DNA from: Ignavibacteria bacterium | GTDB taxonomy: Bacteria; Bacteroidota; Ignavibacteria; Kapaibacteriales; UBA2268 | Reading direction: 5' to 3' | Length of the DNA: 64,000 nucleotides | Assembly (NCBI GenBank): GCA_026416955.1 | Contig: JAOAEE010000023.1 | Span: forward strand, 21,122-85,121 | Shown: positions 52,319 through 61,679 of the stretch, piece by piece | Layout: each line of letters opens with the position of its first letter | Numbering within the stretch: the stretch's first letter is position 1 | Program-made: the position numbers and the translations under genes | The notes under the pieces: generated by a model | Databases searched by the model: none | The model's input: only the letters and a program-made list of their open reading frames with translations | What the model was told of the DNA's origin: nothing

Positions 52319-53641
52319 TTATTTCGAAACTATTATTATTTCTGTTCTACGATTTAGTTTTCTTCCAAATTCAGTATCGTTTGGTGCAATTGGCTTTCTC
52401 TTGCCAAAGCCAACTGTTTTAATTCTATCGGGTGAAATGCCACGGTTGACAAGGTAGTTTTTGACTGCGTCTGCACGCAAAATCGAAAGTCTATCGTTAT
52501 AAGGATGTGAGCCACGGTCGTCGGTATGCCCTTCGACCAATATTGTAACATTGGGCTTGTTCTTCATAAATTGGTATAGTACTTCCAGTTCTTTAACAGT
52601 ATCGGGTAAACTTGCGCTATTTGTTTCGAAAAGTAAATTTTCAATTATTAATTTTCTTCCCAGTTCAACTATTGGTATTGTTTTACGCACAATTTCTTTT
52701 CTTTCGGGACTAAAGATTGCTATGTTAATAGAATCGGGAATTGCAGGTAGATCTGTTCTATATTTTATCGAGTACAAATTAGTAAGTTGGCTCGAAAAAT
52801 TATTCAAAATGGTCGAGAAAGGATACTCAATATCGAATTGATTTCCGCGTGTTTTAGAAGCAATAGTCTTATAATCCTTCAATTTTGGGGGTGTTATTGT
52901 AAAGCAACGAATATCATTTTTATTCAAATACTCAATAATTGAGTTGGTGGTTTCAAAAGTAGTCCCATCCCCTTTCTCGCCTAGCTGATGATAGGGAGCA
53001 TCAGTTATCAACACTATCACACGATTTGCCGAGGGTCTAAATGCTATCTGGCTGGTTGATTTGATGGCTTCGAGAGCGTTTTCCTTTTCGTCGCCACCAC
53101 CATACGCACGTACAGTTGAAAGCCACGCAAGAAAGTTGTTTACATTATCCGATGGTTGATAAACTTTTTCAACAATATCGGAAAAAAGAATTAAGCCAAT
53201 ACGATAATCAATTCCTCGACTTAGCAAAGTAGAAAGAAACCTCGATATGTTACTCTTTATGTCATCAATATGCTTTTGCATCGAGCCAGTTACATCGACA
53301 ATAAAAACGAAATCAACTGGAATTCTTTCCTTTACGGAAATCTTTGAAACAGAAATTACTTGTTTTTCTATGCCATTTTCTGTTACAATTACATCACTTG
53401 TTGTTAAAGTATCCAAAGGAAATCCGCTTGTATTGAAGGCTTCTACTATAATATTAATCTCTGGGAACTTGGCAATATCAACATTTCGAATAGTAAGCAA
53501 AACAGGCTTCTTTTCGGTTTTAACCTCAGCAGATTTCAAAACCTCTTGAATTTTTTTCATTGAATCTGGGGTTGGAATTTGCCCATAAACAAGGAATGTA
53601 ATGAAAAATAATACTACAAGCAAACGCAAAATCATCTTCAT
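52319..53641 (-). CDS. vWA-domain protein with a C-terminal OmpA-like peptidoglycan-binding domain
   Basis: The signal peptide is LLVVLFFITFLVYGQ. The MIDAS motif is VFIVDVTGSM...GGGDEKE...LITDA. The OmpA_C segment is ILVEGHTDDRGSHPYNDRLSILRADAVKNYL...NRRTEI. Confidence 0.85.
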   Translation of the reverse strand: MKMILRLLVVLFFITFLVYGQIPTPDSMKKIQEVLKSAEVKTEKKPVLLTIRNVDIAKFPEINIIVEAFNTSGFPLDTLTTSDVIVTENGIEKQVISVSKISVKERIPVDFVFIVDVTGSMQKHIDDIKSNISRFLSTLLSRGIDYRIGLILFSDIVEKVYQPSDNVNNFLAWLSTVRAYGGGDEKENALEAIKSTSQIAFRPSANRVIVLITDAPYHQLGEKGDGTTFETTNSIIEYLNKNDIRCFTITPPKLKDYKTIASKTRGNQFDIEYPFSTILNNFSSQLTNLYSIKYRTDLPAIPDSINIAIFSPERKEIVRKTIPIVELGRKLIIENLLFETNSASLPDTVKELEVLYQFMKNKPNVTILVEGHTDDRGSHPYNDRLSILRADAVKNYLVNRGISPDRIKTVGFGKRKPIAPNDTEFGRKLNRRTEIIIVSK

Positions 53642-53680
53642 AAAGAAAGACTAATTATTCATACATAATAATTAATTTAC

Positions 53681-53712
53681 AAAAAAACCCTCTAACTAAA
53701 AAAGTCAGAGGG
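53681..53712 (-). terminator. rho-independent terminator candidate between the 473-aa gene and the vWA-OmpA gene
   Basis: CCCTCT..AGAGGG forms a 6-bp stem, plus 2 further pairs across a bulge. On the minus strand the hairpin is followed by a 7-T run (A-run at 53681-53687 on the plus strand). Confidence 0.5.
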
Positions 53713-53735
53713 TAACAAAAACTAAATAAATCATA

Positions 53736-55157
53736 TTACAAAGTTAACCGTAAAACGGGAGAAATCAGAAAGAAAGTTTTGTTTTCGAAAGGTTGAGCAG
53801 TTCTCATAATCCGAGCAACTCTACCTTCGATATACAACCAGTTGAACAAAGGCAAATAAACACGCCCTAAAAGTATTTGATTGGAATACTGCACACTTGC
53901 CCCAAATGGCCAAACAGACTGATTTCTATATTCAAACTTAACAAACAACCAATCTGCGAACTCATTAGGTTTATGAGTATTTAAAACAATGCTTTCATCT
54001 TCGGGCGTAGGAACAAGATAGTAATGTTGAAATTGTGAAGGTTTGAAAAATACTTCCCTAACTTCGAAATAATTAATCCCTAAATCGAAACGAAAATAAT
54101 TTTCAGGATTTGCTTCGGTTAACCATAAATTATAGAAAACAGTAAACTGACCTGAGGAACGAAGTAAAGGAGCAACTTTGTAATTTTCAAGTGTTAACTC
54201 GTTCACTTTATTGTAAGCAAAGTATTTTGTTGGGTCAACTGCTTCCTCTTTTAATTCGGACAACGGTAGTTGCATATTAAGGTGCAAACCCAATTTGGGA
54301 TGGAAAGGCAAATGGAAATCCAACCCTGCAATTAACATTCCGCCGGGACCTTGATTTAACTTCTGACTTGGAACCCAACTAAAAACCGTACCTTTGTTGT
54401 TAATCCCACCAGATATTCTATATGAACCGCCAAGATAAGCATTTATCAAATAAGGAATTCTATCGCTTGTTCTGGAATCTCGATTAACATAGAGTGGCCT
54501 TTTCAGCAAGATTTTCGATGAACCAGATGTCCAAAATGTATATCCAATTTCATCAGTACCAATAGCATTTTTCAACCAGAATCCCGATTCACCAAACTTC
54601 AGTGTTTGCTCGAAAAATGATAAAGTAAAGGAATGGGTAACATTGGTTGGTTCAAGATAATTTATAATGGCTTGTGCTTGCGAGGCAGTAACGGGAACTT
54701 CGGGAGGAATATCGACATAACAATAGTCTCTTTTCCCTTCGACCCAAGTGAAAGGATTCGAAAAAGCATCAGCACCAGACAAAATATTGACAAGTCGTTC
54801 ACCAAGGTTTACTTGAATTTGGGATGCACTAAGACTAACTTCCCCACAAGTTAACAACAGCATATCAAATGGTTCGTATTCGCTTTTCCTTGGTGCTGCA
54901 AGTATTTCAATTCTGGTCTTACTAAGTTTGGATTCATCGTAGCCCAAAATTCTAAATGCTTGAAATACTTGTATTTGCAAGTCTGTTTCACAAACTTTCC
55001 ACCGAGGGAAATACTTTCTAATTTCTGGGTCAATAGTTGTCATTGAATCAATCAACTCGCGAGGGTTAACATTTAGATGTTGCGATTTTAATTCAAAAAA
55101 TGAAACTAAAACAAGCAACCCAACAAAAACAAATAACTTTCTCATATCACTTATCAT
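53736..55157 (-). CDS. hypothetical secreted protein, predicted outer-membrane beta-barrel; paralog of the upstream 582-aa gene
   Basis: Signal peptide: MRKLFVFVGLLVLVSFFELKSQ. The alternative ATG at 55145 is equally possible. The C-terminal 130 aa aligns with the neighbouring gene: FRFDLG..YFEV vs FRFGLG..FYQV, and WPFGASVQY vs TPFGANLQY. Confidence 0.6.
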   Translation of the reverse strand: MISDMRKLFVFVGLLVLVSFFELKSQHLNVNPRELIDSMTTIDPEIRKYFPRWKVCETDLQIQVFQAFRILGYDESKLSKTRIEILAAPRKSEYEPFDMLLLTCGEVSLSASQIQVNLGERLVNILSGADAFSNPFTWVEGKRDYCYVDIPPEVPVTASQAQAIINYLEPTNVTHSFTLSFFEQTLKFGESGFWLKNAIGTDEIGYTFWTSGSSKILLKRPLYVNRDSRTSDRIPYLINAYLGGSYRISGGINNKGTVFSWVPSQKLNQGPGGMLIAGLDFHLPFHPKLGLHLNMQLPLSELKEEAVDPTKYFAYNKVNELTLENYKVAPLLRSSGQFTVFYNLWLTEANPENYFRFDLGINYFEVREVFFKPSQFQHYYLVPTPEDESIVLNTHKPNEFADWLFVKFEYRNQSVWPFGASVQYSNQILLGRVYLPLFNWLYIEGRVARIMRTAQPFENKTFFLISPVLRLTL

Positions 55158-55169
55158 AATTGTTTACAA

Positions 55170-56888
55170 TTAAAAATTAACAATAAAACGAACCATTGGA
55201 ACGAAATACCCTTTGTTTTCCCATTCCTCTGGTTTATCCTTGAATGGGACAAAATACCCGCGCCCATCTATTCGCAAAGCCAGAGTTTGACGAATTATAG
55301 GAACTTGCAACCACAAACCACCGCCGATACCACCATTAATGTATTGAAGATTGGCACCAAATGGAGTGGCAATATTTGTTGCCATAAAATCAATTCGGAT
55401 GGAAACATCTCCAACTGAAACTTCATCGTACTTACGGAAAACAAGTTTACGGCGCAAATCGGCAGTGTCTAAATCGTAAAACCATTTTTCAACTTGATAG
55501 AAGGTTGCACCTAAGCCAAATCTAAACAAATAATCATTATCAATTTGTACACCAAAAGTATAATAGGCTTGGGCATTTCCTCTAATAAGGTAATCAAAAT
55601 CCGAACGGGCTATTGCATCATTTGGGTTGTAAGTCATAGAATCCAAATTTCTCGATTTATATTTACTTTCTTTAGCATCGCCAACAACATAACCGAAATC
55701 GAAATGAAATACTCCACTCTTTGGTATTACCTTAATAGGAAAATCGAAAGAACCAGCAAGACCAAAACTTGCAAAAGTAAGTTTCCGATTAATATCAAAA
55801 AGATTTTTACCCATCGAAGCCCAACCATCGGTAGGAAGAATTAATCCAAGTTTAACATTTTGCCAAAGAGCACTTAAAGTTAATCTTTCACTGAAAAATG
55901 AAAGATAGTTGATACAATCTATCCCATATTTTAACTCTAATCCAAAGTTTGGCAAATCGGAGTTAGAATGCAAAGCACTGTCAATCACAAATTTTCCTGC
56001 ATCGTCGTAGTATCCTGGAGGTGGGAACCTACGCCACAAAATCCAATCGGGGCTTAAAATGAGTTCATTTTGCTTGAGTCCGAAATCGAAAGGTTCACCT
56101 TCGGAAACGCGAAGAATTTTTTGAACATCAAAGGAAGTTAAATCAGACTCATTAATAAATGGACTTCCAGTATTCCCAAAAACCTTACGAGCAAACCACT
56201 GAGGGTTACCAATCCCTTGTGCTTGTATTGTAACATTTTCGACATTTCTTTGAACCAAAGTAGTAACCATTAAGTCGTACATATTATCGGCAGAGAAAGT
56301 GGTATCAAGTTTAAAATTTCTCATTTCATCATAAGTGTAAATATCCCCAGGCCCAATGCTTCTTAAACTTTTCTCCAGATCCTGAGTTTGTGAATAACTA
56401 ATTAACAGGGCGATAATTACTTTTGGCAGTTCCCCGGGTTTAGTCCTTGTAGTAATCAAGTATGCGTTTTCTGGTCTTTGTTCTGCAGCACCTTGATATT
56501 TAACACGGTAAAATTGGTAGACCTGTTCAAGAATTGCTGGTTCTGGTGGAGTTAAACCCCGGTTCTCTATAGCATTAGTAATTTCCCTAAGGCTTTCATC
56601 TGCACGCACACCATCTTCGATAATCGAAAGAATATCTTGTGAAACAGCCTTCAAAATTTCCTCATTAATTTGAACGCCTGCAACTCTTTGTTGCTTCAAC
56701 TGAATAGCTCTACGAATATCGCCGATATTTTTTAATCGGTAAATAGAAATATTACCAAAACGATAATTTGAAAATCTACTTAGAATTTGTTCCATCTCAG
56801 TCCTTGAAGCTTCGTCTTGGGAAAATACTGGACTCGACAAAAAAACACAAAGTAATATCGCCAGTATTCTTAAATTGTTTTTTTTCAT
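55170..56888 (-). CDS. hypothetical secreted protein, predicted outer-membrane beta-barrel
   Basis: The ATG at 56888 has GGTGA 8 nt upstream. Signal peptide: MKKNNLRILAILLCVFLSSPVFSQ. The C-terminal half has alternating strand patterns and ends ...MVRFIVNF, an OMP-style terminal Phe. Confidence 0.6.
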   Translation of the reverse strand: MKKNNLRILAILLCVFLSSPVFSQDEASRTEMEQILSRFSNYRFGNISIYRLKNIGDIRRAIQLKQQRVAGVQINEEILKAVSQDILSIIEDGVRADESLREITNAIENRGLTPPEPAILEQVYQFYRVKYQGAAEQRPENAYLITTRTKPGELPKVIIALLISYSQTQDLEKSLRSIGPGDIYTYDEMRNFKLDTTFSADNMYDLMVTTLVQRNVENVTIQAQGIGNPQWFARKVFGNTGSPFINESDLTSFDVQKILRVSEGEPFDFGLKQNELILSPDWILWRRFPPPGYYDDAGKFVIDSALHSNSDLPNFGLELKYGIDCINYLSFFSERLTLSALWQNVKLGLILPTDGWASMGKNLFDINRKLTFASFGLAGSFDFPIKVIPKSGVFHFDFGYVVGDAKESKYKSRNLDSMTYNPNDAIARSDFDYLIRGNAQAYYTFGVQIDNDYLFRFGLGATFYQVEKWFYDLDTADLRRKLVFRKYDEVSVGDVSIRIDFMATNIATPFGANLQYINGGIGGGLWLQVPIIRQTLALRIDGRGYFVPFKDKPEEWENKGYFVPMVRFIVNF

Positions 56889-56942
56889 AATTTTTTCACC
56901 TATTATCAAACAAATCAATTTTCTCCAATTAAGAGTAAAATA

Positions 56943-59267
56943 TCACCTTCTCTTTTGTGGACCACTTGGAGTGGTGCGTCGTGTACCTTTTTCTCTTTCA
57001 TAAAGGAACGAAACGCTTAAGGTAGCATTCCTTTGTGAAACTTTTCCATTGCATTGATTCCTTGCAGTTGCTGTAATTGGAAATCTTGCTATTCCGGTTA
57101 ACTCATCTTGACCACGAGGAATTAAACCAGTATTGACAGTAAAATCGAAAGTTATAGAATAACCATTTTCCTCTTTTTCAATTATTGGGTCTGAAGCTAA
57201 ATCAACAATTCCTTCAATACCTTCGAATTTTGGTTTACCAATACTAAGTGAAACTTCTGCCTTAGTCTTCCCACCAGAGCCATCATCTGGTTCTATCACA
57301 GTAACATTCAAAACTTGTATTCGAACTTTGTTTCCAGTTTGACTTCGCTTCTCACTCTTTGAAGCAAGATTAACCTTGGGTTCATCTTGTTTTATTTCAT
57401 TCTCTGTCAAAGGTAATAATTCCACCTCTTTACCAGTTATAGGTTGTATCCACCATATTTTTGCAAAAAGTTTGTTCGCCTTGCAATCTAAGAAAACTTT
57501 TTGTTCAGGCGGTATGGACAAACCAACATATGGTGGTTTTTGCTGTTCTAAATCTGTTGCCAAATAAATTCTAAATTGGTCGGATTTAATTTTAGCACCA
57601 GAATTCGGAATAACGCTAAAGTAAATGTTATATCCATAATATGCACTTGCCAATTTGGACTTAATTAATTGGGCACTTTCATCGGTCAATCCAGTCTTAA
57701 ATATTTCAAGTTCTGCTGTCTCGGTTTTTGCTCGGCCAGCAAGTCTATGGGTAATCTCGATTTTATATTTTCCAGGGGATAGTTGCCGTTCAACTATTCC
57801 ACGATAATAGCGATTTCCCCCAACCACGGGTTTAGGAACAATAGAACCAGCAAATTCATCTTCACCCCGGCAAATAATCCGGGCTACGGGATTTCCGCTT
57901 TCATCAAGAACTCTACCCGATACATCGTTTGCAGCAGTTCCTTGATATGGACTTATTGTGAAGCCAAATACTGGTTCGACTGCATCAAATTGGGCAAAGT
58001 ATGGCTCTATTGTAACAGTAGGTTCGCTAACAGCAGGTTTCGGGGTAATTACACGTACATCGAAAGATATGCTGTTTGCATTTTGGGGAAACATTACAGA
58101 AAGGCCGGGTGTGAGTAATTTGGCAATGTATCCATAAAGTTTTATCTTGCTTATAGTTTCAACAGCATTTTCCTCCCCTGCAGCCATTTTGATAGAATTT
58201 TCAAGCATTTGGTCGAACTTTTCAATATCATCAACAGATTGAGCGTTTTGTAGCAATTCAGAAGGAGGTAAGTTGTACTTTATTAATCTTGTTTCAAGTT
58301 CTTTCTTAACTTTGTTCAAATCCTTAACAGTTAAAGTAACAGTACCAATATTAATTCGAGTTTCTTCGGGAACTTCTGGCCCAGCGGTTTCTTTCACAAC
58401 ACCAAGTATCCTATTAGTTCGGGAATATATGCGAAGTTTATACCAACCAGGTTTATTTGGGGGTTGAAAATTAACAATGAAAATCCTTTTCTTTAAGTCG
58501 GACAAAAGGCTGGCACCTTTTTGCGAAGAAATTTCAGGAGAGTAAAAGAAAACACTGTCTTCGTTGTTGTTCGGGGAATACGGGGGACCAACTGCAAATC
58601 TCAGGTTTTTGGGATAAAATGGCTCAAGATGTTCTAGGGTTAAATGTTGCAGATTATCAATAATGACTTTCTCGATTTGTTGATAGTCTAGTGTAAGTTT
58701 GCGTAAAGAAAGGAACTCCCAAGTTGTTCCGTCGGAAGCAGTAATAGTCTGTCCCGGTTGCATTTTGGTGAAATCTAACCCTTTTTTGCGAATTTCTTCC
58801 TCAGTTAAAAATGGTGGAGCATTTATCGGGTCTTGGCTAGAATTAAAGAAAATTTGATATTCAATTTCTTGGACATTTGCAAGTTTTGCTGCAACTCTCA
58901 TTCTTTCAAGATATTCTTTTTCGCTCTCGCCTTCTTTCCTTTTTAGTTCTGCCGAAACATCGGTAACACCAACCTCAACAATGTATTTTCGGGAAGACTT
59001 AATATCGGCTCCCATAATCTGCTTCATATTAATTCCCGGAGGGGGTATTGTAATTTCGTCTTGTGGTCGAGTATTAATACCTTCTGTACCGGAACCAGAT
59101 TGAAGCTGGGAAAGTATGCTCTCTACAATACGCATCGTTTCTCTTTGTTTCTTAAGAAGGCTTTCTTCTGCTTCGTCCCTTTCGACAATGATAATAAGTA
59201 ACTCCAAGATAACGGCAAGATATAAAATGAAATAAACCTTCCCGGCACCACCACCCTTTGCAGACAT
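56943..59267 (-). CDS. hypothetical bitopic membrane protein with a long periplasmic region (beta-sandwich-like segments)
   Basis: A strong SD (AAAGGAG) precedes the ATG. MSAKGGGAGK is followed by a single TM helix VYFILYLAVILELLIIIV and a charged helical linker. About 700 aa follow, containing PGWYKLRIYSR and PGKYKIEITHR motifs. The C-terminal tail is basic. Confidence 0.6.
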   Translation of the reverse strand: MSAKGGGAGKVYFILYLAVILELLIIIVERDEAEESLLKKQRETMRIVESILSQLQSGSGTEGINTRPQDEITIPPPGINMKQIMGADIKSSRKYIVEVGVTDVSAELKRKEGESEKEYLERMRVAAKLANVQEIEYQIFFNSSQDPINAPPFLTEEEIRKKGLDFTKMQPGQTITASDGTTWEFLSLRKLTLDYQQIEKVIIDNLQHLTLEHLEPFYPKNLRFAVGPPYSPNNNEDSVFFYSPEISSQKGASLLSDLKKRIFIVNFQPPNKPGWYKLRIYSRTNRILGVVKETAGPEVPEETRINIGTVTLTVKDLNKVKKELETRLIKYNLPPSELLQNAQSVDDIEKFDQMLENSIKMAAGEENAVETISKIKLYGYIAKLLTPGLSVMFPQNANSISFDVRVITPKPAVSEPTVTIEPYFAQFDAVEPVFGFTISPYQGTAANDVSGRVLDESGNPVARIICRGEDEFAGSIVPKPVVGGNRYYRGIVERQLSPGKYKIEITHRLAGRAKTETAELEIFKTGLTDESAQLIKSKLASAYYGYNIYFSVIPNSGAKIKSDQFRIYLATDLEQQKPPYVGLSIPPEQKVFLDCKANKLFAKIWWIQPITGKEVELLPLTENEIKQDEPKVNLASKSEKRSQTGNKVRIQVLNVTVIEPDDGSGGKTKAEVSLSIGKPKFEGIEGIVDLASDPIIEKEENGYSITFDFTVNTGLIPRGQDELTGIARFPITATARNQCNGKVSQRNATLSVSFLYEREKGTRRTTPSGPQKRR

Positions 59268-59518
59268 TTCAACTCCTTTCTATTTTATTTAAATACATAA
59301 AACTTTTGCAAAATTATACAACAAAAAAATAAAAACAAAACTGTAATAAATTTCAATTTAAATAGTTTGTAAAACTTGCAAAATAATAAATAAAATGATT
59401 TTTTTGTAGAATTATAAAAAGAAACAATGTAGTAGAAAAAACGACAATCTTTAAGTTATTCAATTTACAATTTTGCTTATTATTTTATTTTATTTTTGCT
59501 TTTATTCGTTTCGAAAAA

Positions 59519-61669
59519 ATGTTACAAGTATTGCAGCATCAACAGAGTGGTGAAATTGTCGTTGCAGAAGTTCCGCCTCCGAATTGCCCGGATAAGGGAA
59601 TTCTTGTTAGGAATTTCTTCTCTGTTATTAGCTCTGGTACAGAAAAAACTTCGGTAGAAACAACCAGATTATCACTCTTGGAAAGGGCTAAAAGACAACC
59701 CGAACAAGTTCGAAATATTCTCGAAAATCTTAAAAAAGAAGGTATCAAGTCTACTATAAATAAGATTACCACCAAACTTGACTCTTATAAAACATTTGGA
59801 TACAGTTCGGCTGGTATTGTCCTTGAATCCAAAAGCGAATTCTTTGTGCCTGGTGACCGTGTTGCTTGTGCAGGTAGTGGATATGCAACGCACAGCGAAA
59901 TTGTCGCTATTCCCCAGAATTTAGCCTGTAAAATTCCCGATGGTGTTTCGTTCGAAAGTGCCTCTTTTGCAACAATTGGAGCAATTGCTCTTCAAGGTGT
60001 TCGGCAAGCAAACCCCAATTTGGGCGAAAACGTTGCTGTCCTTGGGCTTGGATTAATTGGGTTAATAACAGTTCAACTTTTAAAAGCCAATGGTTGTTTT
60101 GTTGCTGGAATAGACATCAAGGAAGATAATTTTGAGTTGGCTCGTGCATTCGGTTGCAATTTTCTCTGTATAAGCAGTTCAGAATCAATTCCAAACCTTT
60201 TAGCATTCACCAACGGTTTGGGTTTCGACTCTGTTATTATTACTGCTAGTACAACAAGTAATGAACCCATAGAACTTGCCTTACAAATTGTACGAAAAAA
60301 AGGGCGAGTTGTGATTGTTGGTAGTATTGGAATGAACGTTCCACGTTCTCCATTTTATGAAAAGGAAGTAGAACTAACTATCGCTTGCAGTTACGGTCCG
60401 GGCCGTTACGACAAGAACTATGAAGAATATGGTAACGACTATCCATTTGCTTACGTTCGATGGACAGAAAATAGAAATTTACAAGCCTTTTTAAATCTTA
60501 TTAATGATAAAAAAATCGACGTTACAAAACTTATAACTCATAGATTTTCTATAGAACAAGCAGTCGAAGCCTATAACTTACTTTCAAACTCAAATGAAAA
60601 ACACATTGCAATTCTTCTGGAATACCCAAATACCCCGAAGAATTTCCCAAAAATCATTACGACACAAATCAAAAAATCAAAAGAGGGTAAGCTAAAACTT
60701 GGGTTCATAGGTGCAGGCAGTTTCGCACAGTTCTATCTTTTACCAGTTTTGAAAGAACTTGATGTTGAATTTCACAGTGTTTCTACCGCTACGCCAAGCA
60801 ATGCAATCTCTGTTGCAAAACATTTTGGCTTCAAATATTCTACAACGAATTCATTGGAAATAATTCATAATCCAGAGGTCGATATTATTTTTATTGCATC
60901 ACGTCACGACACCCATTCTCAATTCGTTTTAGAAAGTATCAAAGCCAATAAACCAGTCTTCGTCGAAAAACCATTATGCATAAAAATTGAAGAACTGGAA
61001 GAAATTGAGCGTGAATATGCTAAAAATCCAATTCCAGTAATGGTTGGCTACAACAGAAGATTTTCAAAACCATTTCAATTTATTAAGAAAGCAATAACAA
61101 ATCGGTCACAACCCATTGCAATGCATTATAGAATTAATGCTGGTTTTATTCCCAACGACCATTGGATACAAAAACCCGAAATCGGAGGGGGAAGAATAAT
61201 TGGGGAAGTTTGCCATTTTATTGATACTATGATGTTTTTGACCGACTCCGAACCCAATGAGGTTTATGCAGAAGTGCTCTCCCACAAATTAGTGAATGCA
61301 ACCCTTTACGACACTACAGCAATTACGATAAAGTTCAATGATGGCTCTATTGGAGTAATAGAATATTTTGCAAATGGTAGTAAAAAGCTGGAAAAAGAAT
61401 ATTTTGAAGTTTTTTGGGAAGGTAACACAATTATTCTAAATAATTTCGAAGTTTTGTCGATTTATACTAATAAAGTTACAAGGAAAAAATATAATGGTTC
61501 AAAAGGTCATAAAGAAGAAATCGAAGAAACAATTAAATTGTTTACAGAGGGAAAAAGTCCAATTGAATTTTCTGGCATTAAACTTGTTACTCTTACTACT
61601 TTTGCAATATTAAATTCTTTGCAAAAAGGGGAAAAAGTTTCCTTGAAGAATTTCTTACTAAATAAATAG
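59519..61669 (+). CDS. bi-domain oxidoreductase (N-terminal MDR/zinc-type alcohol dehydrogenase-like + C-terminal Gfo/Idh/MocA)
   Basis: The N-terminal half has a GroES-like segment and the Rossmann motif VLGLGLIGL. The C-terminal half has LGFIGAGSFAQ..LLP and ...EKP... typical of Gfo/Idh/MocA. Confidence 0.8.
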   Translation: MLQVLQHQQSGEIVVAEVPPPNCPDKGILVRNFFSVISSGTEKTSVETTRLSLLERAKRQPEQVRNILENLKKEGIKSTINKITTKLDSYKTFGYSSAGIVLESKSEFFVPGDRVACAGSGYATHSEIVAIPQNLACKIPDGVSFESASFATIGAIALQGVRQANPNLGENVAVLGLGLIGLITVQLLKANGCFVAGIDIKEDNFELARAFGCNFLCISSSESIPNLLAFTNGLGFDSVIITASTTSNEPIELALQIVRKKGRVVIVGSIGMNVPRSPFYEKEVELTIACSYGPGRYDKNYEEYGNDYPFAYVRWTENRNLQAFLNLINDKKIDVTKLITHRFSIEQAVEAYNLLSNSNEKHIAILLEYPNTPKNFPKIITTQIKKSKEGKLKLGFIGAGSFAQFYLLPVLKELDVEFHSVSTATPSNAISVAKHFGFKYSTTNSLEIIHNPEVDIIFIASRHDTHSQFVLESIKANKPVFVEKPLCIKIEELEEIEREYAKNPIPVMVGYNRRFSKPFQFIKKAITNRSQPIAMHYRINAGFIPNDHWIQKPEIGGGRIIGEVCHFIDTMMFLTDSEPNEVYAEVLSHKLVNATLYDTTAITIKFNDGSIGVIEYFANGSKKLEKEYFEVFWEGNTIILNNFEVLSIYTNKVTRKKYNGSKGHKEEIEETIKLFTEGKSPIEFSGIKLVTLTTFAILNSLQKGEKVSLKNFLLNK

Positions 61670-61679
61670 AGGGCAAGCG

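Noticed and set aside
56943-59267. Calling the 774-aa bitopic protein GldM/PorM
   Set aside because: The topology (short tail, one TM helix, long periplasmic beta-rich region) is reminiscent. However, the N-terminal sequence does not match the KMINLMYLV-type GldM motif I remember. The length differs, and no GldK/L/N-like genes flank it. It stays hypothetical.
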